Shown here: one piece after another, positions 1-8,623 of the stretch
How the letters are laid out: each line of letters opens with the position of its first letter
How positions within the stretch are numbered: the first letter of the stretch is position 1
Origin: Actinomycetes bacterium
GTDB taxonomy: Bacteria > Actinomycetota > Acidimicrobiia > Acidimicrobiales > JABEUL01
Reading direction: 5' to 3'
DNA length: 23,300 nt
Assembly (NCBI GenBank): GCA_021790815.1
Contig: JAJYFT010000023.1
Coordinates: 1-23,300, forward strand
Notes under the pieces: model-generated
What the model was told of the DNA's origin: nothing
What the model saw: the letters and a program-made list of their open reading frames with translations, nothing else
Databases searched by the model: none
Position numbers and translations under genes: made by a program

Positions 1-46
1 TGGAATTTGTTTGTTCAAAGCATCTATTCTCCCACATAGAGGGGGC

Positions 47-103
47 AATTTCGCGGATGGATAGCGTTAAATTATGTAGTTGCGTGAATAATCGCGGTTA
101 GTT
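47..103 (+). repeat. Copy A of a duplicated non-coding element (core ~57 bp; weaker similarity extends upstream to ~11). It lies directly upstream of the repeat-protein gene.
   Basis: aatttcgcggatggatagcgttaaattatgtagttgcgtgaataatcgcggttag versus 15781-15836. I counted 46/55 ungapped identities by hand. Both copies share an internal inverted motif ATTAT-N12-ATAAT. Confidence 0.55.
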
Positions 104-163
104 GATCAGCTATCTGGATTAGCTCAAGGTGCTGCCTACATCTCGTGTTCTGGAACTTTTTGT

Positions 164-3100
164 ATGGCGGTAGGTGCCGGAGCAATCGCTGGAAATACAG
201 AAAACCCTGGTATTGCATTTACGTCATCAGATGGCGGTCAAACCTGGACTCAATCAACGTTGCCAATAACAGTTGGCGATTTAAATGGTGTAGCGTGTAC
301 CGGCCCTTCTACGTGCATAGCCATTGGCGTTCGCGAGAAAAACACATCGCTGGGTGCTATCGCTATATATACTACCTACGGAGGTACTACCTGGAATTTC
401 GGCTCAGGGTTCGGCAGTGCCGGTCAAATGTACTCACTTAGCTGCCCAACTACAACATTCTGTATGGCGTCAAATTATGGCACGGTTTTTATAAGCAATA
501 ACGGAGGGGTGACTTGGCTTCAAACGACTATTCCGTCAGAAGCTGGAGAATTAAATGGAGTATCTTGTATAAACTCTTCAACTTGTGTAGTCGTGGGTTC
601 GAATTCGTCATTTACCGGTGCATATGAGATCGCCACGTCTAATGGCGGAGTATCCTGGACCCAAATTAGTAGCGCCCCATCTACCGTTACCATCCTAAAT
701 GACATTTCATGCACGACTTATGAATGTGTTTCAGTTGGGACTACAAATACGAGTACGTCCGTAATTTTGTACTCAAACAACGGTGGTACAACTTGGACCG
801 TAGAATCTTCACCAAGTTTTCTTACCGATCCAAACGCAGTGTTCTGTGTCACAAATTCAACGTGCATGGTATCTCAGGGTGACAAGTCGAGCATTGCAGT
901 GTCGACAGACGGAGGACAACTTTGGGGAACCTCAAACTTACCATCTGGCCTCATTGATGGAATCGGGCTTTACTGTTCCAACTCAACTGATTGCCTCGTT
1001 GCTGAACTTGGTTCCGCGTCGATTGCATTGGTTATTGGATATACGTCAACAACCGGTAGTAGTTGGTCAGCAACTACTTTGCCAGCAATGTCTGAATCGT
1101 TAGCTAGCATCTCGTGTCCAACTATTACTACATGCTTTGCTGCTGGATTTTCGTTTCCGAGCGCAGCTATTGAAATGACCACCAACGGAGGAGTGACATG
1201 GACCCCTCAAAGTGTTCCAAGCTCAGAGTTTTCCATTGATAGCATTTCATGCTTTAACACAACTGATTGTGTTGCTGTAGGTGGAACTCAACTAAATGTT
1301 GCACAACCAATATACACAACAAATGGAGGAAGCACTTGGAACCTTGGAACATACCCATCCAATGTCGAACTCGGATCTGTTAGCTGCACCTCAGCAACTT
1401 ACTGTGTTGGGGTTGGTTCTATGTCAAATACGGGTGCGGGCGTAGCAGCAATTACTTCAAATGGGGGCCAAAGTTGGTTGCTTGGATCTGTCCCTTCTGG
1501 AATCAAATATATACAAAATATTAGTTGCGGAAGTTCAACCAACTGCGTTGCATTAACAGGCAATGGCTCCCCAGCGGTTCTCTACTCAACGGATTCTGGG
1601 GCTACTTGGTCTCAAGATGCAACTCCTTTGCCGTCCACTGTTGCCTTGCTAAATGATGTTTCTTGTGGTAACGCTACTCAATGTGTGTTTGTTGCAAGAA
1701 ATTCGAGTACTTATGCAACTGCATACTACTCAAGTGATGGTGGTCAAACATGGACTATTTCCACCCTTCCGAGTGGAACGTTTATTTCAATTGATAGCGT
1801 TTCATGCATAGGTGGTTCACAGTGCGTAGCATTGGGATCTGAGGTTTCAAATTATGTTCCAGTTTCATTCGAGAGTAGTGATGGTGGAGCTACTTGGACT
1901 CAGCTACAACTTCCTCCTAACCTCCAAGAAGTATTTGGTATATCTTGCCCTGGAATATCCACTTGCTATAGCTCTTCGAACTATGGGGCATCTACATGGG
2001 GCATGCTCGCATTCAACGCAACTCCAGTTGTAACAGGAGTATCACCATCTTCTGGATCCACTGGTGGTGGCTTAAGCGTGACCATCACCGGATCTGGATT
2101 TACTGGAGCAACAGGGATTTCATTTGGTTCTGTACAAGCGACTGGATTCACAGTAGTTAATGATTCAACTATTCAAGTTAATTCGCCAACTTCACCTTCC
2201 CCAGGAGCGGTAAATGTAACTGTTACGGGTCCTGGTGGCGTATCTGCGACTAGTGCATCAGATATAATTACTTATGAACACTATGGCGCTACTACTTTAG
2301 AAGCACCTGTTCGGATTTGTGATACAAGATCTGGAGCAACTGATCCGTCAACTTATGCAGGCCAGACATTAGGTCAAGGTTTCACTTTTAACCTTCCAGT
2401 GGTAGGAGCCAATGGAGATGGCGTGCCAAGTTCAGCTAGCGCAGTTATAGTTAATGTAACAGCTGTACACCCGAGCGCGTGGGGTTATTTTACCATATGG
2501 CCATCTGGCGGTGCAGTACCGGCAACTTCAGCTCTCAATTTTTCTCAAGGTGAAAATGCAGTTGCAAACTTAGTTGAAGTTGGAATTGGCAGCAATGGAG
2601 ATATAAGCATTCAAAATGCGTATGGAAACACCGATCTTTTGGTTGATGTTGCGGGATGGGTTGGGCCAGTTGCTAATAATTCAGGACTATTCAACCCAAT
2701 TACACCTGCCCGAATCTATGACACAAGGACAAACTCTGGTTTCCCAGGAGCAAATAGCACTTTGACGCCTGGCGGTACAGCAACAGTAAGCGTAGAAGGT
2801 AGTGGTGGTGTGCCAGCATCTGGAGTTTCAGGTGTAGTTGCAAACATTACTGCAACTAATACAACATCCGCTGGTGGTTATTTGACCGTGTACCCAACAG
2901 GGAGCACATTCCCCACGGTATCAAATGTTAACTTTGACGCTAATCAATCCGTTCCAAACAGAGTAATGGTAAAGTTAGGCACAAATGGAGATATAAGTAT
3001 TTACAATGCACTTGGCTCTACCGATGTGATCGTCGACATTTCAGGTTGGTTTACAGACGCAACAACTTCGTCTGGCTACCAATTTCACCCTGTAACCCCT

Positions 3101-3337
3101 ACTCGGATCTTTGACACACGTATGCCTGCAAGCAGCGGTCTCCAAGGTGGAGATACCCCTCTAGCAATCAATCAACCATTTACCGTTCAAGTTACCCAGG
3201 CAAACAGTGATAGTGTGCCCGCAAATGCTACGGCATTGGTTGGAAATCTCACCTCAACTAACACTGTTTCAAATGGTGGTTTCATGACAGCCTATCCTTC
3301 AAACGTATCCATGCCAAAAACAAGTGACGTTAACTGA
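164..3337 (+). CDS. Large extracellular-type repeat protein, 1057 aa as annotated. It has ~13 tandem ~47-aa BNR/Asp-box-like propeller blade repeats (S/T-x-D/N-G-G-x-T-W ... [IV]-S-C-x5-C-x-A-V-G), one IPT/TIG domain (~2021-2280) and three ~130-aa C-terminal repeats starting P-x-R-I-x-D-T-R (2303, 2693, 3086). It is probably 5'-disrupted, and its annotated stop is an in-frame TGA at 3335-3337 with the repeat homology continuing in frame to TAA at 3458-3460.
   Basis: Long ORF in the six-frame track. The translation shows the periodic DGGxTW motif 13 times, each followed by a conserved Cys pair. A G/T/S-rich IPT/TIG-like segment (TPVVTGVSPSSGSTGGGLSVTITGSGF...) follows. Three C-terminal repeats each begin with RIxDTR and end with D[IV]xGW. 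There is no SD before ATG 164 and no signal peptide. Confidence 0.75.
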   Translation: MAVGAGAIAGNTENPGIAFTSSDGGQTWTQSTLPITVGDLNGVACTGPSTCIAIGVREKNTSLGAIAIYTTYGGTTWNFGSGFGSAGQMYSLSCPTTTFCMASNYGTVFISNNGGVTWLQTTIPSEAGELNGVSCINSSTCVVVGSNSSFTGAYEIATSNGGVSWTQISSAPSTVTILNDISCTTYECVSVGTTNTSTSVILYSNNGGTTWTVESSPSFLTDPNAVFCVTNSTCMVSQGDKSSIAVSTDGGQLWGTSNLPSGLIDGIGLYCSNSTDCLVAELGSASIALVIGYTSTTGSSWSATTLPAMSESLASISCPTITTCFAAGFSFPSAAIEMTTNGGVTWTPQSVPSSEFSIDSISCFNTTDCVAVGGTQLNVAQPIYTTNGGSTWNLGTYPSNVELGSVSCTSATYCVGVGSMSNTGAGVAAITSNGGQSWLLGSVPSGIKYIQNISCGSSTNCVALTGNGSPAVLYSTDSGATWSQDATPLPSTVALLNDVSCGNATQCVFVARNSSTYATAYYSSDGGQTWTISTLPSGTFISIDSVSCIGGSQCVALGSEVSNYVPVSFESSDGGATWTQLQLPPNLQEVFGISCPGISTCYSSSNYGASTWGMLAFNATPVVTGVSPSSGSTGGGLSVTITGSGFTGATGISFGSVQATGFTVVNDSTIQVNSPTSPSPGAVNVTVTGPGGVSATSASDIITYEHYGATTLEAPVRICDTRSGATDPSTYAGQTLGQGFTFNLPVVGANGDGVPSSASAVIVNVTAVHPSAWGYFTIWPSGGAVPATSALNFSQGENAVANLVEVGIGSNGDISIQNAYGNTDLLVDVAGWVGPVANNSGLFNPITPARIYDTRTNSGFPGANSTLTPGGTATVSVEGSGGVPASGVSGVVANITATNTTSAGGYLTVYPTGSTFPTVSNVNFDANQSVPNRVMVKLGTNGDISIYNALGSTDVIVDISGWFTDATTSSGYQFHPVTPTRIFDTRMPASSGLQGGDTPLAINQPFTVQVTQANSDSVPANATALVGNLTSTNTVSNGGFMTAYPSNVSMPKTSDVN

Positions 3338-3460
3338 TTCGCTGGTGAAACAGTTCCCAATATGATTGTTACACAATTAAGTCCAACCGGGAGTGTCAAG
3401 GTAGTAACTGAAAATTCTGTTACAGATGCAATTATTGACATAACTGGATGGTATGGCTAA
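3338..3460 (+). other. In-frame 41-codon continuation after the TGA of the repeat-protein gene (FAGETVPNMIVTQLSPTGSVKVVTENSVTDAIIDITGWYG*). It completes the third C-terminal repeat by homology to repeats 1 and 2.
   Basis: Same reading frame as 164-3337. The peptide aligns with the end of repeat 2 (FDANQSVPNRVMVKLGTNGDISIYNALGSTDVIVDISGWF) and repeat 1 (...LLVDVAGWVGP). Confidence 0.6.
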
Positions 3461-3561
3461 GGATTAAGCTAACGAAACTTTATCTAAGCACAATATCCTG
3501 TCAGATACTGATTAACCATTGACATCTATTGCGTTTGCTAACAAAATTGTTTCTACCAACT

Positions 3562-3774
3562 TTAGCTGTGACCATGAAGTTTTGATGGAGCATGAAAAAC
3601 TGGGCTAAGTAGGCAAAAGCCAAATACACCTGCAGTAAGCGGAACCAAACCAACTAAAGCTAACAGTACCCAATAATTTCCTATTGCTAACCCAGCCACA
3701 ATTAACGCGATGCCTAAAACTACTCTCAACATTCTCCCAGCTTTAGTCTGCATAAAATTAACGAGTTTCATCAT
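3562..3774 (-). CDS. DUF2892 (YgaP-like) small inner-membrane protein, 70 aa
   Basis: Translation MMKLVNFMQTKAGRMLRVVLGIALIVAGLAIGNYWVLLALVGLVPLTAGVFGFCLL matches the DUF2892 pattern (DRxxRxxxG...GLxPLxTGxxGFCP). AGGAGG lies 7 nt upstream of the ATG on the minus strand. Confidence 0.8.
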   Translation of the reverse strand: MMKLVNFMQTKAGRMLRVVLGIALIVAGLAIGNYWVLLALVGLVPLTAGVFGFCLLSPVFHAPSKLHGHS

Positions 3775-4161
3775 TAGCCTCCTTCTCTCTATACCCTAGT
3801 AGGTATATATTGTTAAACGCTTTTTTCATTTTATTATTCCCATAAGGACTTCAGGCAAAACTACACAACTTGTTTTGACTTAGCATTCAAAACAACAGTT
3901 CCACCCAAAGCACTTTAAGTAGTGGAATCTATCTCTCTTTAATCTCGACAGATTACTTTAAGAGAACAACTTGGTCGTCATTACCACAACCTATTTGGAA
4001 CAAAAATACTGAACTAAACTTGATTTTCACTTTAAACCTAAATACCAATTATTAGGTATAGTGCATTTGCAAGGTTCAAACCTCTTTTAGATACATTCTA
4101 AATTTAGACTTCCTTCGCAATTGATTGGTTTGCAATTTTTTGCTAAACTTTAGCTATTAAT

Positions 4162-5052
4162 ATGAATTCAAAATTTGACGAAAATCCAAATTCGTTTCCA
4201 ATTCACAAAAAACACTTGTTTTTAACACGCCTACTTCTATCGACAGTATTTATAATTTTATCAATTGCTCTTATATTGCGACTTTCAACTTCCACGACTT
4301 CATCCCTTAAAAGCCAAAATTCAATCAAAATCACTACCGCGAGTAAAACTTTGAACACTGCTATCACTTCGACACTGAATAGCGTCTCTCCACCTTTTCA
4401 ATCTACCCTTCCGCCCACTACAAACACTGTAACCTCACCTCCTGAAACTAAACCTTTGCTAACGTCAATAGTTCCCCCCACTACTTCACCTCCAACAACT
4501 ACTCAACCTACCATGCCTCAAAACGACAGCTCTTCTCTAAACAACAATATTGCTTCTCTTGCAAGTAGCTTTGATCATTACCATAGTGCGTTTGTTGAAG
4601 CAAATCCTGGGTCGGGTTGCAACCCATTTTCATACTATTTCCGCAGAGGCGATCCTTCTGTGCCTTGCCCTTCCGGAATGGAGGCCAACTATTGGTGCGC
4701 CGATTTTGCTGAATGGATTTGGGTGCAAAATGGAGTTAACGGTGAAGGTATTAACGACGGGGCTATTTCCTTTATATCGTGGGGAGGAGATCATCCCGGG
4801 TCTCTCCATCTAGGCACTAGCTACACGCCACAAGTCGGTGATGCTGTTGTCTGGGGCGACATGGCAACATTTATAGGAACCCATGTCGGAATCGTAGTTG
4901 GATCTCAAGGTGGTCAGATTGAAGTTGTCTCTGGAAATGCCGGGCCAGCAATTTATAACGGCGCAGTTGCTAGAGTCTGGAACTCAGGTTATATTTATCC
5001 TTCGACATCAGTCGCAGATGGTGATCCTATTATTGGTTATGTAACCCCATAG
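4162..5052 (+). CDS. Membrane-anchored CHAP / NlpC-P60-superfamily amidase/peptidase, a putative cell-wall hydrolase. It has an N-terminal TM helix, a Pro/Thr/Ser-rich linker and a C-terminal catalytic domain.
   Basis: The N-terminus has a hydrophobic stretch LLLSTVFIILSIALILRL. A low-complexity PT-rich linker follows. The C-terminal domain has Cys (YWCADFAEWIW) and His (GTHVGIVVGSQGGQIEVVSGNAG) motifs typical of CHAP domains. Confidence 0.6.
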   Translation: MNSKFDENPNSFPIHKKHLFLTRLLLSTVFIILSIALILRLSTSTTSSLKSQNSIKITTASKTLNTAITSTLNSVSPPFQSTLPPTTNTVTSPPETKPLLTSIVPPTTSPPTTTQPTMPQNDSSSLNNNIASLASSFDHYHSAFVEANPGSGCNPFSYYFRRGDPSVPCPSGMEANYWCADFAEWIWVQNGVNGEGINDGAISFISWGGDHPGSLHLGTSYTPQVGDAVVWGDMATFIGTHVGIVVGSQGGQIEVVSGNAGPAIYNGAVARVWNSGYIYPSTSVADGDPIIGYVTP

Positions 5053-5981
5053 ATCACCGCTTTTTGCTAGTCAAAACCTTCTATTTGATTGACAACTTAA
5101 AATATTATTCAAAGCTAAGATCCTTTGGTGAGAGAAGCTGATGCTTATTTCTCCATACGGCTGATTCTCTGGGAGTCGCTCACTTTAAATATGGTATTTT
5201 GGCTATAAGTAGCTTAAGAGACATTTTGTCTAGTTGATTAAATCAAAATGCTAAACCAAAATTAACCTACAGTAGAATTTGTTAGTTTTAATAGTAAATT
5301 CACGTACGCATTTGATTTGTCCTATAGTCTCTAGAACATTAGGTAAATTTATTTCAGATTAACTTTTTTAATTTTAAAGATCGAAAATCCATAAAGTGTC
5401 AACTAGCTACATAATATTTTTGAGACTGAAAAGCCCTAGCCACTAATCATTTAAAGCTAGGCAGCCAGAGAGTAAATATGGATTGAACCAATTTTCAGAT
5501 GAGGCTCCAAACAAAGAAATATCGCAAACTCATAGGCGATCAACTCCTATGTTTAACTATGGTCAAGATAAGATACATTACATGGGACTTTCTTTCACGC
5601 CCCATTGGGCTAGAGAATAAAGTACGAAACTTTGAATATTAAATATAAGCTTCTGAAAAATGACACTATTATTGTTAGCATGTATTTTCCAAATTCTGAC
5701 GCCTTAAACCCATTAATTAGGCCGTTCCCATTAGGCGTAGTAAGAACGAGCTAGGAACAACGAGAGAATATCCATAAAAACAAGAAACGAGCACAACTTG
5801 AAACATAGCAGATTGATATCAATTTTCCATTTCAAGAATAATATTGAGCTTACAAATTCATTGGAAGCCATAGTGGAATACTGCCACGTTGACTAATTCA
5901 AATCGATCACCAAATGAAAAGTTCGATGCGATTACCCGAAGCGAGCATATTAAAAGTAGCACTAAAAGTTCGATTGCAAGG

Positions 5982-7736
5982 ATGCACTTGGGAGGTTGGC
6001 CACTCTCCCTTTGCGGATACCTTTGTCTAAGCCTTTTCACAAATTGGCATGCGGTTTCAAATGTAACTACACAGGCCTCATGCGGATGTGGCGATCCGGG
6101 GTTAATGATGTGGTTTTTTGCTTATCAAGCTCATGCAATTGCTCATCTTCAAAACCCTTTCTTTTCCTCATACGTATGGGCACCATTCGGTGCAAATCTA
6201 ATCGATACTACGAGTGTGATATTCATTGGGTGGGTTGTAGCTCCAGTTACACTTTTATTTGGTCCAGTCGCTTCTTTTAACGTCGTCATGGTTGCTTCAC
6301 CATTGCTAAGTGCTTTAGCCGCTAGATGGTCTTACAAAACAATATTCCCTAGTGGAAATGGATATTTTGTTGCTGGATTATTCTTTGGCTTCTCTCCGTT
6401 TGCATTTTCCCACCTTGCCTTTGGGCACTTTACGATGGTACTTATTGTATATGTCCCAATCACCTTTGGTCTGCTCTACAGGATCTTGGTGACTCAGCAG
6501 CGAATAATTGCCGACTCAGTTCTACTAGGGTTGGCAAGCGTCGGCCAGTTTTTTATTTCACTGGAAGTTTTGGCGGAAACAATGATGGCAATACTGATTG
6601 CTTCAGCAATTGCGCTAGCACTTGGACTGCACAAGAAAATATCACTGCGAGCACCCACCAAAGGTCTACTCGTCACGGCAACAATTGCGATTTTGGGTTG
6701 GGCATACCCAACCTGGTACTTCAAGTTCGGACCTCAGCATTTATCGGCAATTCCTTGGTCGTATTTCAAACCCCACGGTCAACCTTTCAATTTTCTTTGG
6801 AATACAACTCCATACATCAAAAAGGTTTCTGAAAGTGCGGTATTCGGTTATAGTGGCCACCTCGGCCCGTCAGGAGGTTATTTGGGATTTGCGGCTCTGA
6901 GCATTCTAGTCGCGGGTTTAACCGTAGCCCTAATTAGGCGATCGCGCACTATCTTGTGGGGGATTCTTTTTGCCTTTGTTATCAGTTTATTCATGATTGG
7001 AAATTCACTAACCAACGGCAATAAAGCCCCTAGGTCAGTCATTTGGCTCCCATGGTCACTTTTTGCACATATCCCATTTTTAAAAGAGGCCCTACCGAGC
7101 AGGTTAGTAATCGATTTCTGGTGGATCATAGGTTTTTTAATCGCTGGTATCTCTACCTTAATCGGACATAGTGAATTCGTAGCTAGATTAATCCGCCGAA
7201 GAAATAAATGGAAAAAGACAGCAGCAGTTGGACTATCAAAATATGGATACTCAATTATTTTGTTGGCCGTTAGTTCTGCATGGTTGGGCTACCTTCCTCT
7301 AAGCACAGCTAGAGTCTCGACTCCACCTTGGTTCACCACTGCTATATCACACGTTCCAACGGGTAGCGTGGTCCTCACTCTTCCGATACCTTATGGAGTA
7401 TCAGGTTCTAACCCATTAGTCTATCAAGCATTAACTGGTTTCAAAGTTAGGCTCGTTGGTGGAGACTTGATCTTTAGCCCAACTGAACCCACTCTGCCTC
7501 TAAAACACAATCAAGACGTCATGTCAAAAATTGCTTCAGGGAAAATCGGATCTATCCCTCCAAAACAGTTTGGAAACTTTCTTCATGCGCACGATGTGCA
7601 AGCAATAATAATGTCCCACGACGGATGGGATCTCTTTGTGCGCTACCTGTTCTTTAGAACATTCCATAAACTTTGTAGTATTTTTGGAACTGGTTCGGCA
7701 GCAGCGACTATTTGTTACGTGCCGCCGCAAAATTAG
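5982..7736 (+). CDS. Large polytopic integral membrane protein (at least 12 predicted TM segments), function unknown; it is possibly a GT-C-type glycosyltransferase-like or YfhO-like protein. The start is uncertain: the track ORF begins at a TTG at 5889.
   Basis: A 615-aa ORF with many long hydrophobic stretches (WFFAYQAHAIAHL, VIFIGWVVAPVTLLFGPVA, ILFAFVISLFMIG, etc.). The first ATG (MHLGGWPLSL...) is at 5982, and the preceding 31 codons are hydrophilic with no SD. Confidence 0.55.
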   Translation: MHLGGWPLSLCGYLCLSLFTNWHAVSNVTTQASCGCGDPGLMMWFFAYQAHAIAHLQNPFFSSYVWAPFGANLIDTTSVIFIGWVVAPVTLLFGPVASFNVVMVASPLLSALAARWSYKTIFPSGNGYFVAGLFFGFSPFAFSHLAFGHFTMVLIVYVPITFGLLYRILVTQQRIIADSVLLGLASVGQFFISLEVLAETMMAILIASAIALALGLHKKISLRAPTKGLLVTATIAILGWAYPTWYFKFGPQHLSAIPWSYFKPHGQPFNFLWNTTPYIKKVSESAVFGYSGHLGPSGGYLGFAALSILVAGLTVALIRRSRTILWGILFAFVISLFMIGNSLTNGNKAPRSVIWLPWSLFAHIPFLKEALPSRLVIDFWWIIGFLIAGISTLIGHSEFVARLIRRRNKWKKTAAVGLSKYGYSIILLAVSSAWLGYLPLSTARVSTPPWFTTAISHVPTGSVVLTLPIPYGVSGSNPLVYQALTGFKVRLVGGDLIFSPTEPTLPLKHNQDVMSKIASGKIGSIPPKQFGNFLHAHDVQAIIMSHDGWDLFVRYLFFRTFHKLCSIFGTGSAAATICYVPPQN

Positions 7737-8210
7737 AGAAGCTTTTTACTGACATCTAAACAAACACCATCAAACTGGAAGGGTACACACATGCAGTTGC
7801 GGCCTTTAACAGAACATAAATATGTCCCATCGGCGATGGACACATTTATATAATTGTCGGTTTCCTGTAGCCGTAAACTTGCATAACCCTAAATATAACT
7901 GCCCATAAATAGCAACAAGTGAAAGCAACAAGACACACAATACATGGCTAATCGAGGTCGGCTATACCCTCGTGGCAACAAACATTACGCCGCCCAAAGA
8001 AGCGTTACACCCGCCGCAGCTGCTGTTGATCCTTATCGAGATAACTATTAAAAATTAATATTAAGAGAAGATCCGGTTAAACGCAAAAACCAATGACTAT
8101 GTAAGTTTGCTTGTCATCGAATACTGCTACAGTCTTTGATTGAAATTCGCTTATGCGTTGTGACACAGCGGTTCTATTCGCTAAAGTCATCCTAATTGTG
8201 TTTTAAACTC

Positions 8211-8489
8211 TTACAACTCGAGTTTTCCTTGACCTATTTCCAATAAATCAGATAACTTATTTTCATGATTCCCATCGATCTCTATAATTTTTATTCTTGA
8301 AGAAGTCCCAGATACAATCGTTACATCTCTTACTTTTACACCAAAAGTACTCGCTAAAAGTTTAACTATAGCCTTATTTGCGAGACCTTCGATTGGAGAT
8401 TCTGCAACTTTGACTACTAGCATACCATTTACTTGTCCGCCCACTTCTGGAAATTTGGACTTTGGCTTAACAAAAATTTGAAATTTCAT
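8211..8489 (-). CDS. DUF167 / YggU (UPF0235) family protein
   Basis: MKFQIFVKPKSKFPEVGG...LVVKVAESPIEGLANKAIVKLLASTFGVKVRDVTIVSGTSSRIKIIEI matches the YggU pattern (KPxAKxxxIxG...LKVxxxAPPVDGKANxALxKFLAxxxxVxKSxVxIxSGxTSRxKxxxI). Confidence 0.8.
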   Translation of the reverse strand: MKFQIFVKPKSKFPEVGGQVNGMLVVKVAESPIEGLANKAIVKLLASTFGVKVRDVTIVSGTSSRIKIIEIDGNHENKLSDLLEIGQGKLEL

Positions 8490-8623
8490 TAATTGCTAAT
8501 TACCAATTTTCTCATATATCTAGCGACCGTCTCCCAAAAACTTAATAAGTACTTGACTGTTCCTGTTCGAATTTGTGAAAACCTAGTCACCCTAAATCCA
8601 CAGAACTTTAATTTACTACTTAT

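Noticed and set aside
145-1185. Track ORFs 145-441(+), 520-714(-), 846-1103(+) and 970-1185(-) overlapping the repeat-protein gene
   Set aside because: They lie in alternative frames of a strongly supported long CDS, and their translations have no recognisable domains and an odd composition.
3335-3337. TGA as a sense codon (alternative genetic code) or selenocysteine at the in-frame TGA of the repeat protein
   Set aside because: TGA terminates the thiolase (11499-11501, minus strand) and the ISL3 transposase (21236-21238) in this same window. No SECIS-like hairpin is evident, and Sec in a structural repeat is implausible.
5478-5651. 57-codon ORF (MRLQTKKYRKLIGDQ...) in the long AT-rich intergenic region
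   Set aside because: No ribosome-binding site, a random-looking basic composition and AT-rich codons.
4550-7730. Track ORFs 4550-4813, 5858-6040, 5996-6280, 6494-6724, 6622-6900, 6878-7129 and 7536-7730
   Set aside because: All are embedded in, or antisense to, the CHAP and polytopic membrane protein CDSs. There is no SD and no domain signal.
7822-7845. Imperfect palindrome GTCCCATCG-g-CGATGGAC downstream of the membrane protein gene, considered as an intrinsic terminator
   Set aside because: The loop is too short for a stable hairpin and the downstream T-run is poor. It may be a protein-binding site, but the evidence is insufficient.
7944-8051. 35-codon ORF MANRGRLYPRGNKHYAAQRSVTPAAAAVDPYRDNY in the 7737-8210 intergenic region
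   Set aside because: No SD and no recognisable motif. It is locally GC-rich but could be chance. It would need conservation evidence.
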